Made by a program: the position numbers and the translations under genes | From: Planctomycetota bacterium | Lineage (GTDB): Bacteria; Planctomycetota; UBA11346 | Direction of reading: 5' to 3' | Length of the DNA stretch: 64,000 bases | NCBI GenBank assembly: GCA_035627695.1 | Contig: DASPLE010000058.1 | Coordinates: 43,423 to 107,422, forward strand | Notes under the pieces: model-generated | Told to the model about the DNA's origin: nothing | Databases searched by the model: none | The model's input: only the letters and a program-made list of their open reading frames with translations | Part shown: positions 1 through 10,867 of the stretch, one piece after another | Layout: each line of letters opens with the position of its first letter | How positions within the stretch are numbered: the stretch's first letter is position 1

Positions 1-2
1 CC

Positions 3-1616
3 ATCGACGCCATCGTCGGCGCGCACCGCTGGGCGACGCCCGACACCCTCCAGCGCCTGCGCTCGCAGCACGGCGCGGGCGATGCGGCCAGCTACCTGCG
101 GCTGCTCGGCACCAGCCACGTCCTCGACTCGGAGAAGCGCGCGCAGCTCGACCAGGTGCAGATGCAGCAGAACGTGCTGCCGGCCTTCCAGCTGCTCAAG
201 AAGCTCGGCGCCGGCGGCATGGGCACGGTCTGGCTCGCGCGCATGGCCGGCGTCGACGAGCCGCTCGCGCTCAAGGTCATCAACGCGCGCCTCGCGGTCG
301 ACGCCGACTTCCTCGGCCGCTTCCACCGCGAGACCAAGGCGCTCGCCGGCCTGCGCCATCCGCACATCGCCGCGGTCATCGACTCGGGCGGCGTCCAGGA
401 CACGCACTACCTGGCGATGGAGTACATCAACGGCCCGAACCTGGGCGAGATGCTCAAGACGCACAAGGCCATCCCCGAGGCCTACGTCCTGCGCATCATC
501 CATCAGATCGCCGAGGGCCTCGCCTACGTCAACGGCACGTGCGGCCTCGTCCACCGCGACATCAAGCCCGAGAACATCCTGGTGAAGCGCCTCGACGACG
601 CGGCGATGTTCCCCGAGGACGACATCGCGAAGCTGATCGACTTCGGCCTGGTCAAGAACGCCAACGACGACGAGCACCTGACCCAGACCGGGATGACCAT
701 CGGCACCCCGCTGTACATGTCGCCGGAGCAGGTGCGCGGCGAGAAGCTCGACGGCCGCAGCGACATCTACGCGCTCGGCGCGACCATGTACCACCTGCTG
801 ACGGGCACCGCGCCGTTCAAGGGCTCGAGCCCCGGGGCGATCATGAGCGCCCACCTGACCGAGCCCGTCCCCGATCCGGGCGACCTCGTCCCGAGCCTGA
901 GCGACGCGACGCGCCGCCTGGTCACCATGGCGATGGCCAAGAACGTCGACGACCGCTTCCGCGGCTTCGACGCGCTGGTGCGCGCGATCGACGAGGCCGA
1001 GCAGGCCGCGCACGAGAAGGGCGGCGGCATGAAGCTGCTGCGCAAGCCGCTGGTCATCGCCAAGAAGCCCGCCGCCACGAAGAAGCCCGGCACCGGACCG
1101 CACGACGGCTCGCACCCCAGCGGTGAACGCCCGGCCGCGGAGCTGACCGAACGCATCGCGCGCAAGCACAGCGAGAGCCAGCGCGAGTCGGGCCGCCTCC
1201 AGAAGAGCAGCGGCCGCTTCCAGGTGGCGAAGGAACACGGCGCGCCCGCCCCCCTCCAGGCGCTCACCGAGCGCCAGGTGCGCCCGGCCCCGCCGGCGGC
1301 CATCACCGCGACCGCCTCGCTCGAGGACTCGGTGAACCTGCGCCCGTCCGACGCCGTCGCCGTGACCAACGCCCTGACCAAGCCGCACGACCCGCCGCGC
1401 TCCCGTCCCGGCTCGTCCGTCGCCGCCGCCGCCCATCCCACGCCGGCGCCCCATCCGTCGCCGCTGGCCACGCCGCCGAGCGATCCGCACAAGCGCAGCG
1501 CGGTCTACGATGTCGACCCGACCACCGCCACCGGGTTCGGGATCGTCCCGTGGACCATCCTGGCGCTGGCGATCCTGGCGACGCTCGGGTTCGCGGCTTT
1601 CCAGCTGCTCTGGTAG
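3..1616 (+). CDS. Ser/Thr protein kinase (5'-partial; reading frame open to window edge), C-terminal transmembrane anchor
   Basis: Hanks kinase motifs in translation: GxGxxG (LGAGGMGTV), VAIK-like (LALKVI), HRDIKPEN, DFGL, TPLYMSPE; frame stays open upstream of first ATG/GTG so N-terminus lies outside window; hydrophobic C-terminal segment IVPWTILALAILATLGFAAFQLL. Confidence 0.85.
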   Translation: MDAIVGAHRWATPDTLQRLRSQHGAGDAASYLRLLGTSHVLDSEKRAQLDQVQMQQNVLPAFQLLKKLGAGGMGTVWLARMAGVDEPLALKVINARLAVDADFLGRFHRETKALAGLRHPHIAAVIDSGGVQDTHYLAMEYINGPNLGEMLKTHKAIPEAYVLRIIHQIAEGLAYVNGTCGLVHRDIKPENILVKRLDDAAMFPEDDIAKLIDFGLVKNANDDEHLTQTGMTIGTPLYMSPEQVRGEKLDGRSDIYALGATMYHLLTGTAPFKGSSPGAIMSAHLTEPVPDPGDLVPSLSDATRRLVTMAMAKNVDDRFRGFDALVRAIDEAEQAAHEKGGGMKLLRKPLVIAKKPAATKKPGTGPHDGSHPSGERPAAELTERIARKHSESQRESGRLQKSSGRFQVAKEHGAPAPLQALTERQVRPAPPAAITATASLEDSVNLRPSDAVAVTNALTKPHDPPRSRPGSSVAAAAHPTPAPHPSPLATPPSDPHKRSAVYDVDPTTATGFGIVPWTILALAILATLGFAAFQLLW

Positions 1617-1699
1617 AGGCGCAAGGCCGTCGCGAGCTTCGCGTCGCGCTCCCGGCTCCGGGCTTCGAGCCTCTGGCCTTTGGCCTTCGCCCGACGAGC

Positions 1700-2635
1700 A
1701 TGCGGCCCGTGGCGTTCGCCGGGCGCAATATCATCTCGATCGCCGACTTCGGCCACGCCGACCTCATCGCCGTGCTCGATGCGGCCGCTGCGCTCGAGCG
1801 CGAGCCGCGGCCGCGGCTGTGCGATGGCCGTCTGATGGCGACGCTGTTCTTCGAGCCGTCGACCCGCACCCGCCTCAGCTTCGAAGCCGCGATGCACAAG
1901 CTCGGCGGCTCGGTGATCGGCTTCTCCGACGTCGCCTCGACCAGCGCCAAGAAGGGCGAGAGCCTCGCCGACACCATCCGCATGGTCGAGCAGTACGCCG
2001 ACGTCGTGGTCATGCGCCATCCGCGCGACGGCTCGGCGCGCCTGGCCAGCGAGGTCAGCCGCGTCCCGATCATCAACGGCGGCGACGGCTCCAACCAGCA
2101 CCCGACCCAGACGTTCATCGACCTCTACACCATCGCCAAGCTGTTCCCCGAGCTGCGCGACGGCACGCGCGAGCTGACGGTGGCCTTCGCCGGCGACCTC
2201 CGCTACGGCCGCACCGTGCACAGCCTGCTCGCGGCGCTGGCGCATTTCCGCTGCCGCGTGCTGACCGTCGCGCCGCGCGGCCTCGAGATGCCCGAGCAGC
2301 ACCTCGCCCACGCGCGCGAGGCCGGCGTGCGCATCGACGCGGTGCCGTCGCTGACCGACGCGATCCGCGCCGCCGACGTGCTGTACATGACCCGCCTGCA
2401 GGAGGAGCGCTTCCCCGATCCGCTCGAGTTCGGCCACATCAAGGCGACCTACCGCGTCGACGCCGCGATGCTCGCCGGCGCCAACCCGCGCCTGCGCATC
2501 CTGCACCCGCTGCCGCGCGTCAACGAGATCGCCACCGACGTCGACCGCACGCCTCACGCGCACTACTTCGCCCAGGCCGGCAACGGCATCCCCGTGCGCC
2601 AGGCGCTGCTGGCGATGGTCCTCGGGAAGACCTGA
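1700..2635 (+). CDS. pyrB: aspartate carbamoyltransferase catalytic subunit (archaeal/PyrI-dependent type)
   Basis: STRTR, HPxQ (HPTQ), HPLPR motifs; ORF-track start 1550 would overlap kinase end, so internal ATG at 1700 (MRPVAFAGRN...) chosen; start uncertain. Confidence 0.8.
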   Translation: MRPVAFAGRNIISIADFGHADLIAVLDAAAALEREPRPRLCDGRLMATLFFEPSTRTRLSFEAAMHKLGGSVIGFSDVASTSAKKGESLADTIRMVEQYADVVVMRHPRDGSARLASEVSRVPIINGGDGSNQHPTQTFIDLYTIAKLFPELRDGTRELTVAFAGDLRYGRTVHSLLAALAHFRCRVLTVAPRGLEMPEQHLAHAREAGVRIDAVPSLTDAIRAADVLYMTRLQEERFPDPLEFGHIKATYRVDAAMLAGANPRLRILHPLPRVNEIATDVDRTPHAHYFAQAGNGIPVRQALLAMVLGKT

Positions 2636-2636
2636 C

Positions 2637-3092
2637 ATGCCCGACTCGCACAAGGTCCGCCAGGTCGAGGCCATCGCCAACGGCACGGTCATCGACCACA
2701 TCCCGTCGGCCGCGACGATGATCGTGGTCTCGATGCTGGCCAACGACGACGACGAGGTCTTCATCGGCCAGAACCTGCGCTCGGCGCGGGTCGGGCGCAA
2801 AGGCGTGGTCAAGATCGCCGGGCGCGAGCTGTCCGACCGCGAGGCCTCGAGCCTGGCGCTGATCGCGCCGGGCGCGTCGCTGTCGATCATCCGCGACTAC
2901 AAGGTCGTCGCCAAGCACGTCGTGCCGGTGCCCGAGGTGTTCGAGGACGTCGCGCGCTGCGCCAATCCGAACTGCGTCACCAACCACGAGCAGTGGCCGA
3001 CCAAGTTCGAAGTCGTCGGACAGCAGCCGCTGCGCGTGCGCTGCCGCTACTGCGAGCGCGGCTTCGCGCCGGGCGAGCTCGAACCGACGTGA
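2637..3092 (+). CDS. pyrI: aspartate carbamoyltransferase regulatory subunit
   Basis: 151 aa; Cys4 zinc domain (CANPNC...CRYCE); 1 nt downstream of pyrB stop. Confidence 0.85.
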   Translation: MPDSHKVRQVEAIANGTVIDHIPSAATMIVVSMLANDDDEVFIGQNLRSARVGRKGVVKIAGRELSDREASSLALIAPGASLSIIRDYKVVAKHVVPVPEVFEDVARCANPNCVTNHEQWPTKFEVVGQQPLRVRCRYCERGFAPGELEPT

Positions 3093-3093
3093 G

Positions 3094-3119
3094 GGCGGCC
3101 GGTTCCCCGGCCGCCCATC
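3094..3119. terminator. GC-rich perfect hairpin (10-bp stem GGGCGGCCGG/CCGGCCGCCC, loop TTCC) between convergent pyrI and ECF gene ends; no U-tract
   Basis: inverted repeat read directly from sequence; sits in the 36-nt gap between two convergent stop codons. Confidence 0.4.
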
Positions 3120-3128
3120 CCATCCCGT

Positions 3129-5516
3129 TCAGTTGATCCCGGAGACCCCCGCCGCCGCGCCGGCGCCGGCGGCCGCGATCGCGGCGATCACCGCGGCGAT
3201 GCCGCTGGCCTCGGCGTTGAAGCCGTCCTCGTCGGCGCGCATCACCATCCATCCGGCCTCGCGCTCCTCCTCCAGGCGGCGCGACGCCTCCTCCATGCCG
3301 GCGACCTCCTCGTGGGGCAGGCCCGACGCCGCGGCCATCGGCACCGCCAGGTCGATCAGGCGATCGGTGCGCACCAGCAGCCGCGCCATCGCCGGCGCGT
3401 CGCCGGTCGCGACCAGGGACGCCGCGACATCCGGCACCTGCGCGAACGCCGCGCCGTGCACCGCGAACGCCGCCACGCCGGCGGGATTGCTGGTGCACAC
3501 CAGGTGCCCGTCGTGGTAGCCGAGCTGGAACAGGAACAGCATCGCCGGGATGCGCACGATGCCGTCGGCGGGCGCCTGGCCGAGCAGCCCGGCGATCGCG
3601 TCGACCAGCGCGCGCGCGGAGCCGGGCGTCGTCGGCAGCGCCGCGGTCAGCGCCGGCATGGCGCCGACCGGTTCGAGGTAGCCGATCAGCGCGCCATCGA
3701 CCTCGGCCCCGATGCCGCGCACCGCCGCGATCAGCGCGGCCATCGTCCCGCCCTCGTCCTGCGTGGACACCTGCAGCAGCATCCCCTCCAGCAGCGCGCT
3801 GGTGAACACGTCGCTGCCGCGCATCGCCCACGCGCCCGCGAGCAACGCCTCGGGTGGAACGCGCTGCCACACGTCGGCGGCCAGCGTCGGCATGCCCGCC
3901 AGCATGTCGCGCTGCTGCGTCCCCTGCGCGATGCTCGCGGCGGTCATGCGGAACCGTCCCCGATCGATCCAGAACGTGAGGTGGCCAGCCTCAATGATCT
4001 CCTGCGGCGGCACGCCGAGGATGTCCGCATACGCGCGCGGATCATGCGGCCGCATCACCATGCGCATGGTCACGTCGGCGGGGCCCTGCGGAGTGCTCAT
4101 CCAGGCGAGATCGCCGTCGTTCCACGCCGTCCGCATGCGCATCCCGAGCACGCGCGGGCTGGCCGTGAAGGCCAACGAGCAGTCGTCGCCGCTGAGCGAC
4201 ACCGTGCCGTCTTCGCCGGGCGTCGCGGCGAGGCGGTCTGCGATGCGCGCGCGCCAGCGCTCGGCCGCGGCATCATCGCTGAAGCGGGCGACGGCATCGG
4301 CGCGATACGCGGGGAAGCCGCCGAGCGTCGGCGGATGCTTCGGCGTGCCGGGCACCTCGCGACGCTCGAGCAGCGCCTTCCGCTGCTCGCGCATCATCTC
4401 CTGCTGCTTCGCCGGCCCGCCGAGATGCCCCTTCGCGGCGTCCAGCAGGACCGCCTCCATCTCCTCCGGCCTGAACATCGACATCGGATCCATGCGCAGC
4501 TCGATGTCCTCGATCCCGGCGAGTTCGCCCGAGATCGTGTCGACGATCGTCCCCGGCAGCATCGCGCCGATCGGCGAGTCGACGATGCCGCGCCAGGAAT
4601 CCAGCGGCCGGCGCCAACGCACGACGACGCCCACATCGGCGCGCATCGCCTGCGCGACGCGCGCGACGCGCTGGTCCTCGGTCTCGGGCGGCGGGTTCAC
4701 GGGCGGCGCGGCCTCGATCGCGGCCCGCGCCGGTTCGGGGCGATCGGCGGCCGCGCCATGCGTGGCCAGGAACAGGGTGGCGACGCACAGGACGGCGGCG
4801 CCGGCGACGACGATGATCTTCACGATGGGACTCTCTCTGGTCGACCACTGCAGTATCCGCGCCCCCACGACCGCAGCGGTCGTTCCCGCCATGGCGGCGC
4901 GAGGAAGGCGATGGACCCGCGCGACGAGCGCGTCCGGCACCGCGGCGTGCGCCTCGTCGCCGAGCAGGGCGACGAGCCCCGCCAGCGACAGGGTGCAGCC
5001 GCGCGCCGTCAACCGGCGCCGCAGGGCGCCCAGGCCCTGCTGCACGCGCGCCGCCACCGTCGCCTTGGCGCAGCCCTGCTGCTCGGCGACCTCGGCGTAG
5101 CTGTGGCCGGCGAGCTGGCTGAGCAGCACCGCGTCGCGCTCGGGCGCGGGCAGGCTGGCCAGGGCGTCGTCGATCAGCGCGCGCGCCTCGGCGCGTTCCA
5201 GGGCCGACATCTCGGGGCGATCCATCGTCGTCGCCTCCGGCTGCGCCGCGCGTTCCTCCGCGGTGCGCCGGCGCATGCGATCGCGCCGGGCGCGCTGGAT
5301 CACGAATCCAGTCGTGCGGTACAGCCAGCTGGCCAACGCGGGACCCTCGGCCGGAGCCTCGTCCCGTCGTCTCCACAGCACCAGGAACACCGCCTGCACC
5401 GCGTCGTCGACGTCGGCGCCCTTGAGCGACCGCCCGCAGCGGGCGGCGACCAGGGGCGCGTAACGCGCGACGGCATCGGCGAAGGCGGCCTCATCGATCA
5501 CACCGGAGTCGGTCAT
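3129..5516 (-). CDS. ECF-type sigma factor fused to a transmembrane helix and a ~550-aa C-terminal extracytoplasmic domain of unknown function (paralog 1)
   Basis: sigma70 region 2 (DAVQAVFLVLWRRR...ASWLYRTTGF) and region 4 HTH (LSQLAGHSYAEVAEQQGCAKATVAARVQQGL); TM IVKIIVVAGAAVLCVATLFLA; start taken at internal ATG (MTDSGVIDEAAF) matching the paralog. Confidence 0.7.
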   Translation of the reverse strand: MTDSGVIDEAAFADAVARYAPLVAARCGRSLKGADVDDAVQAVFLVLWRRRDEAPAEGPALASWLYRTTGFVIQRARRDRMRRRTAEERAAQPEATTMDRPEMSALERAEARALIDDALASLPAPERDAVLLSQLAGHSYAEVAEQQGCAKATVAARVQQGLGALRRRLTARGCTLSLAGLVALLGDEAHAAVPDALVARVHRLPRAAMAGTTAAVVGARILQWSTRESPIVKIIVVAGAAVLCVATLFLATHGAAADRPEPARAAIEAAPPVNPPPETEDQRVARVAQAMRADVGVVVRWRRPLDSWRGIVDSPIGAMLPGTIVDTISGELAGIEDIELRMDPMSMFRPEEMEAVLLDAAKGHLGGPAKQQEMMREQRKALLERREVPGTPKHPPTLGGFPAYRADAVARFSDDAAAERWRARIADRLAATPGEDGTVSLSGDDCSLAFTASPRVLGMRMRTAWNDGDLAWMSTPQGPADVTMRMVMRPHDPRAYADILGVPPQEIIEAGHLTFWIDRGRFRMTAASIAQGTQQRDMLAGMPTLAADVWQRVPPEALLAGAWAMRGSDVFTSALLEGMLLQVSTQDEGGTMAALIAAVRGIGAEVDGALIGYLEPVGAMPALTAALPTTPGSARALVDAIAGLLGQAPADGIVRIPAMLFLFQLGYHDGHLVCTSNPAGVAAFAVHGAAFAQVPDVAASLVATGDAPAMARLLVRTDRLIDLAVPMAAASGLPHEEVAGMEEASRRLEEEREAGWMVMRADEDGFNAEASGIAAVIAAIAAAGAGAAAGVSGIN

Positions 5517-5622
5517 CGTCTTCCTCGCGCTCCAGTGCCCGGCCGCGATGGCGCGTTCGGCACATTCCGCGGAGCGGTGGCCGGCGCGTCGCCGCGGGGC
5601 GGCCGACCAGGCTGCCAGCGCC

Positions 5623-5628
5623 ATTATA
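5623..5628 (-). promoter_or_regulatory. perfect TATAAT hexamer (minus strand) ~110 nt upstream of ECF paralog 1 start; candidate -10 element
   Basis: AT-only hexamer is very rare in this 72% GC sequence; no convincing -35 found. Confidence 0.25.
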
Positions 5629-5661
5629 GCCGCAGCCGGGCGCCCCCGCGCCGGCGAGCGC

Positions 5662-7911
5662 CTAGTTGACGCCGCTGACCGCCATCGCCATGGATCCGGC
5701 GATCACCGCGCCGACCGCGCCGACGGCCGCCGCGGCCCCGCCGGCTTCGAGGCGCAGGCCACCCGCCCCGGCGCGTATGGTCATCCAGCCGGCCTCGCGC
5801 TCGTCGCGCAGGCGCTGCGCGCCATCGGCGACCAGCGCCGCGCGCGCCTCATCCCCGACCAGCGGTCCGATCAGATCGAGGATCCGATCGGCGCGCACCA
5901 CCAGCTGTCCGAGAGCCGGGGCCTCGCCGGATGCGGCGATCGAAGCGGCGACGTCGGCTTCGTTGCTGAAACCGGGTCCCTGCGCCGTGAACGCCGCCAG
6001 ACCGTCCGGATGGGTCGAGCAGATCAGGTGCCGACCATGCCAGCCGACCCGCAGCATGAGCGGCATGAGCGGGACGGTGAGCATGCCCGTGGCGTCGGGC
6101 TCGCGCCCGGACAGCGCGCCGAGCCTCGCGACCAGCGCCCGCGCCTCGGTTTCGCCGGTCGGCAGCGCGACGGTCATCGCCGGCATCCCGCCGGCAGCCT
6201 CCACGTAGCCGACGACGTCGCCGTCCATCGCGGCGGAAAGCGCGACCACGTCCTCGACGAGCGTGAGAGCTTCGCCCCCCTGCACGACATTGGGCAGCGC
6301 CAGCATGGCGATCGTGCGCAGGACGCCGCTCGACAGCTCGTCGCCACCGCGCACGGCATAGGCGCCGGCGATGAGCGCCTCGCGCGGGATCCGCTGCCAG
6401 CTCGACGCGTCCACTGCCGGAGCCGACTCGAGCATCGGGCGGGTCATCGGCCCGTTGGGCGGCAGCACGCCATCGAGCCGCAACCGGCCGCGCTCGAACC
6501 ACAGGTCGATGCGCAGCAGGTCGCCGATCGCCACGCCGCCGACGGGGCGGACGCAGGCGCGCAGCGCCAGGCGTCCCGGCTCGATCCCATCGAGCGACGG
6601 GAGCCAGCCGAGATCACCCTGGTTGTGGTCGGTATCCAGCCGTGCGCGCAGCTCGGCGCCGTTCGCGGTCACCGACAGCGTGCAGCCGTCGCCGCGCGCG
6701 CTCCACACGTCATCGCCGCTCGTCGTCCAGACGACCTGCCCGCCGAGCCCGTCATCGATCGCCTGACGCCACGGCGAGGCATCCGCGGCGGCGGCGTCCG
6801 CGAAGCTGACGACGAGGTCGGTCCGATTCACCCCGCGGCCGGCGATGCGCGCCGACGGATTGCGGGCCTTTCCCACCTGGTGCGCGCCGAGCTCGGGATC
6901 GAGCCGCAGCTCGACTGCCTCGATCCCGACCAGCCATCGGGCGATCGGAGCGACGGTCTCCGTCGGGATCAGGGCCCCGATCGGCGACTCCTGGAACGCG
7001 GTGAGGGCGGCCATCGGTCGGCGCCAGCGCACCAGGAGGCAGGTCTCGACGCGCCCTCCGGCCTCGACCGGTGCCGGCGCCGGATCAGGCGTGGCCGCGG
7101 CCGCGGCCACGGGCGATGGCGGCTCGGGCGTCGGCTGCGTGCCGAGATCCGCTCCCACGAGCAGCGACACGGCGAGCGCGCACAGCGCGACGGCGCCGCA
7201 CGAAGCGATGATCTTCACGACGGGACTCTCTCTCATCGACCACAGGAGTATCCGCGCCCCCACGACCGCAGCGGTCGTCCCGGTCATGACGGCGCGAGGA
7301 AGCCGATGGATGCGCGCCGTCAGATCGTCCGGCACCGCCGCCTGCGCCTCGTCGCCGAGCAGGGCGATGAGCCCGGCCAGCGACAACGTGCAGCCGCGCG
7401 CCGTCAACCGACGCCGCAGGGCGCCCAGGCCCTGCTGCACGCGCGCCGCCACCGTCGCCTTCGCGCAGCCCTGCTGCTCGGCGACCTCGGCGTAGCTGTG
7501 GCCGGCGAGCTGGCTGAGCAGCACGGCTTCGCGCTCGGCCGCCGGCAGGTGCGCCAACGCGTCGTCGATCAGCGCGCGCGCCTCGGCGCGTTCGAGGTCG
7601 GAGAGCGTCGTCGCGTCCATGCTCGTCGGCTCCTGCGCTGCCGCCCCCTGCTCGGCGGAGCGCCGGCGCGCGCCATCGCGCCGCGCCTGCCGCAGCACGA
7701 ATCCCGTCGTGCGGTACAGCCAGCTCGCCAGCGCCGGCCCCTCGGCGGGAGCCTCGCGCCGGCGCCGCCACAGCACGAGGAACACCGCCTGCACGGCGTC
7801 GTCGGCGTCGGCGCCGGGGATCGCGCGCCGGCAACGGGCGGCGACCAGCGGCGCGTAACGCTCGACGGCGCGCGCGTAGGCCGCCTCGTCGCTGATGGTG
7901 GTGTCGATCAT
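5662..7911 (-). CDS. ECF-type sigma factor fused to TM helix and large C-terminal domain (paralog 2, tandem duplicate of 3129..5516)
   Basis: N-terminal 250 aa nearly identical to paralog 1 (AVQAVFLVLWRRR.EAPAEGPALASWLYRTTGF, LSQLAGHSYAEVAEQQGCAKATVAARVQQGLGALRRRLTARGCTLSLAGL); C-terminal domains homologous but diverged; start at internal ATG MIDTTISDEAAY. Confidence 0.7.
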   Translation of the reverse strand: MIDTTISDEAAYARAVERYAPLVAARCRRAIPGADADDAVQAVFLVLWRRRREAPAEGPALASWLYRTTGFVLRQARRDGARRRSAEQGAAAQEPTSMDATTLSDLERAEARALIDDALAHLPAAEREAVLLSQLAGHSYAEVAEQQGCAKATVAARVQQGLGALRRRLTARGCTLSLAGLIALLGDEAQAAVPDDLTARIHRLPRAVMTGTTAAVVGARILLWSMRESPVVKIIASCGAVALCALAVSLLVGADLGTQPTPEPPSPVAAAAATPDPAPAPVEAGGRVETCLLVRWRRPMAALTAFQESPIGALIPTETVAPIARWLVGIEAVELRLDPELGAHQVGKARNPSARIAGRGVNRTDLVVSFADAAAADASPWRQAIDDGLGGQVVWTTSGDDVWSARGDGCTLSVTANGAELRARLDTDHNQGDLGWLPSLDGIEPGRLALRACVRPVGGVAIGDLLRIDLWFERGRLRLDGVLPPNGPMTRPMLESAPAVDASSWQRIPREALIAGAYAVRGGDELSSGVLRTIAMLALPNVVQGGEALTLVEDVVALSAAMDGDVVGYVEAAGGMPAMTVALPTGETEARALVARLGALSGREPDATGMLTVPLMPLMLRVGWHGRHLICSTHPDGLAAFTAQGPGFSNEADVAASIAASGEAPALGQLVVRADRILDLIGPLVGDEARAALVADGAQRLRDEREAGWMTIRAGAGGLRLEAGGAAAAVGAVGAVIAGSMAMAVSGVN

Positions 7912-8084
7912 CGTCGTCCTCGCGGTCCAGTGGCCCGTCCGCGAGGTGCGTTCGGCACTTTCCGCCGGCTGACCGAGGCCGGGGGCGCGCACGGGGCAAC
8001 GTGACTGCCCGCCTAGGTATACGCCACGAACGACCGGCCGGCCCGGGCGCCGGGGCGCCAGGGGCCGGCGTGCGCGGCCGGAGG

Positions 8085-9260
8085 TCAGCGCCGCGCGGCG
8101 ACCGCCGGCACCGCCGCCGCGCCGGCGATGGTCTGGAACGTGTGGGTCTGCGCCGAGGTGCGCGCGGCGAGGCACAGGCGGGCGCTCTGCAGCCCGGCGT
8201 GCAGATCGGTGTGCGAGCGGCCGCCGCGCACCACGGCGATGAAGTCGCGGGCGAGCTGGCTGTCGCCGCCGGAATGGCCGCCGGCCGGCTTGACCTCGAC
8301 GCGGTCGACGCGGTGGTCGAAGTGGTCGGTGACCGTGAACGCGTCGCGGTACCAGTCGAACTCGAGGGTCGCGCGGTGGCCGGTGATGCGCGCGCCGCGC
8401 GCCCCGGCCGACCGCCGGCTGACGAAGTTCTGGCTGTAGGCGACGTGCAGGCCGTTGGCGAAGACGATCAGCGCCGAGCTGGCGTCGTCGTTGCGGATGC
8501 TGCTGCTGAAGGCGCAGGCGTGATCGCCCGCGCCCATGCCGCCGTTGTCGCCGCGCGCCGCCTGGTTGACCGGGCTTTCCGGACACGTCGCCGTGCGATC
8601 GCACGTCGAGCACGTCAGCTCCGGCGGCATGTCGCCGCCGAAGACCAGGCGCGTGCCGACCGCGGCGACGGCCACCGGCTCCGCCGCCGCCAGGAGGACG
8701 AGATAGGCGAAGTCGTGGGTCGCCTTCTGCAGCCACAGCCCGCCGGTCAGGTCGTGATCGCGGTACCACTGGCCGAAATACACGCCGCCGTAGGTCACGT
8801 AGTTGAACGCCTGGATCTGGTTCACCTGGCCGAGGCGGCCGCTGCGCACGACCTCGTGCACGGCGCGGAACAGCGGCGTCGAGGACAGCGGGAACGACAC
8901 CACCACTTGGTCCTCGCGCCCGCGCCAGGCGGCGGCGAGACGCGTCGCCTGGTCGTCGGTGATCGCCACGGGCTTCTCGAGGAACAGCGGCGCGCCGAGC
9001 GGCGCCACCGCGCAGGCGACGTCGGCATGCAGATCGCAGCGCGTGCCGACCACGTAGCCGTCGTAGCGCCCGCCTTCGGCGATCAGCGCCGCGACGGACG
9101 CGAAGCGCTTCGCCGCGCCGGCGCCGAGCGTCTCCAGGCGCTTCTCATCGATGCGCGGATCGGCGACCGCGGCGATGCTGATCTCGGGATCGAGCTCGCG
9201 CATCGTCGCGAGCATGCCGCTGATACGTCCGCCGAGACCGATGACCGCGAGTCGTGGCAT
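8085..9260 (-). CDS. Gfo/Idh/MocA family NAD(P)-dependent oxidoreductase
   Basis: N-terminal Rossmann signature MPRLAVIGLGGRISGMLATM; ~391 aa; the ORF-track 883-aa ORF extends out of frame context into the NtrC gene and is trimmed. Confidence 0.75.
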   Translation of the reverse strand: MPRLAVIGLGGRISGMLATMRELDPEISIAAVADPRIDEKRLETLGAGAAKRFASVAALIAEGGRYDGYVVGTRCDLHADVACAVAPLGAPLFLEKPVAITDDQATRLAAAWRGREDQVVVSFPLSSTPLFRAVHEVVRSGRLGQVNQIQAFNYVTYGGVYFGQWYRDHDLTGGLWLQKATHDFAYLVLLAAAEPVAVAAVGTRLVFGGDMPPELTCSTCDRTATCPESPVNQAARGDNGGMGAGDHACAFSSSIRNDDASSALIVFANGLHVAYSQNFVSRRSAGARGARITGHRATLEFDWYRDAFTVTDHFDHRVDRVEVKPAGGHSGGDSQLARDFIAVVRGGRSHTDLHAGLQSARLCLAARTSAQTHTFQTIAGAAAVPAVAARR

Positions 9261-9385
9261 GCTGCACCTCGACCACAACGAAGCCGGGGATGGCCGCCGG
9301 TCAAGGCGACGGGCTGGTTCAACGGTCGGCGAAACCGCCTCGGCCGTGCGGACGAAGCGGCGGCATCGGCTCCGCCGCGACGGCG

Positions 9386-10795
<1,410 letters not shown>

Positions 10796-10867
10796 GCCGG
10801 CAGTGTCGATGCGGATCGCGCGTCTCAAGCCGGGCGAAGCGATTGACACGGACGCGTCGCGTAGGGT

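Noticed and set aside
1550-1699. ORF-track start of pyrB at 1550
   Set aside because: It would overlap the kinase 3' end by 66 nt. The conserved PyrB N-terminus begins near the internal ATG at 1700. The longer form is not excluded.
3312-8004. Very long plus-strand ORFs (3312..5669, 785 aa; 5548..8004, 818 aa) antisense to the ECF fusion genes
   Set aside because: They are Arg/Gly/Ala/Pro low-complexity translations typical of the reverse frames of 72% GC coding DNA. They lack motifs, whereas the minus-strand frames carry clear sigma-70 region 2 and 4 motifs.
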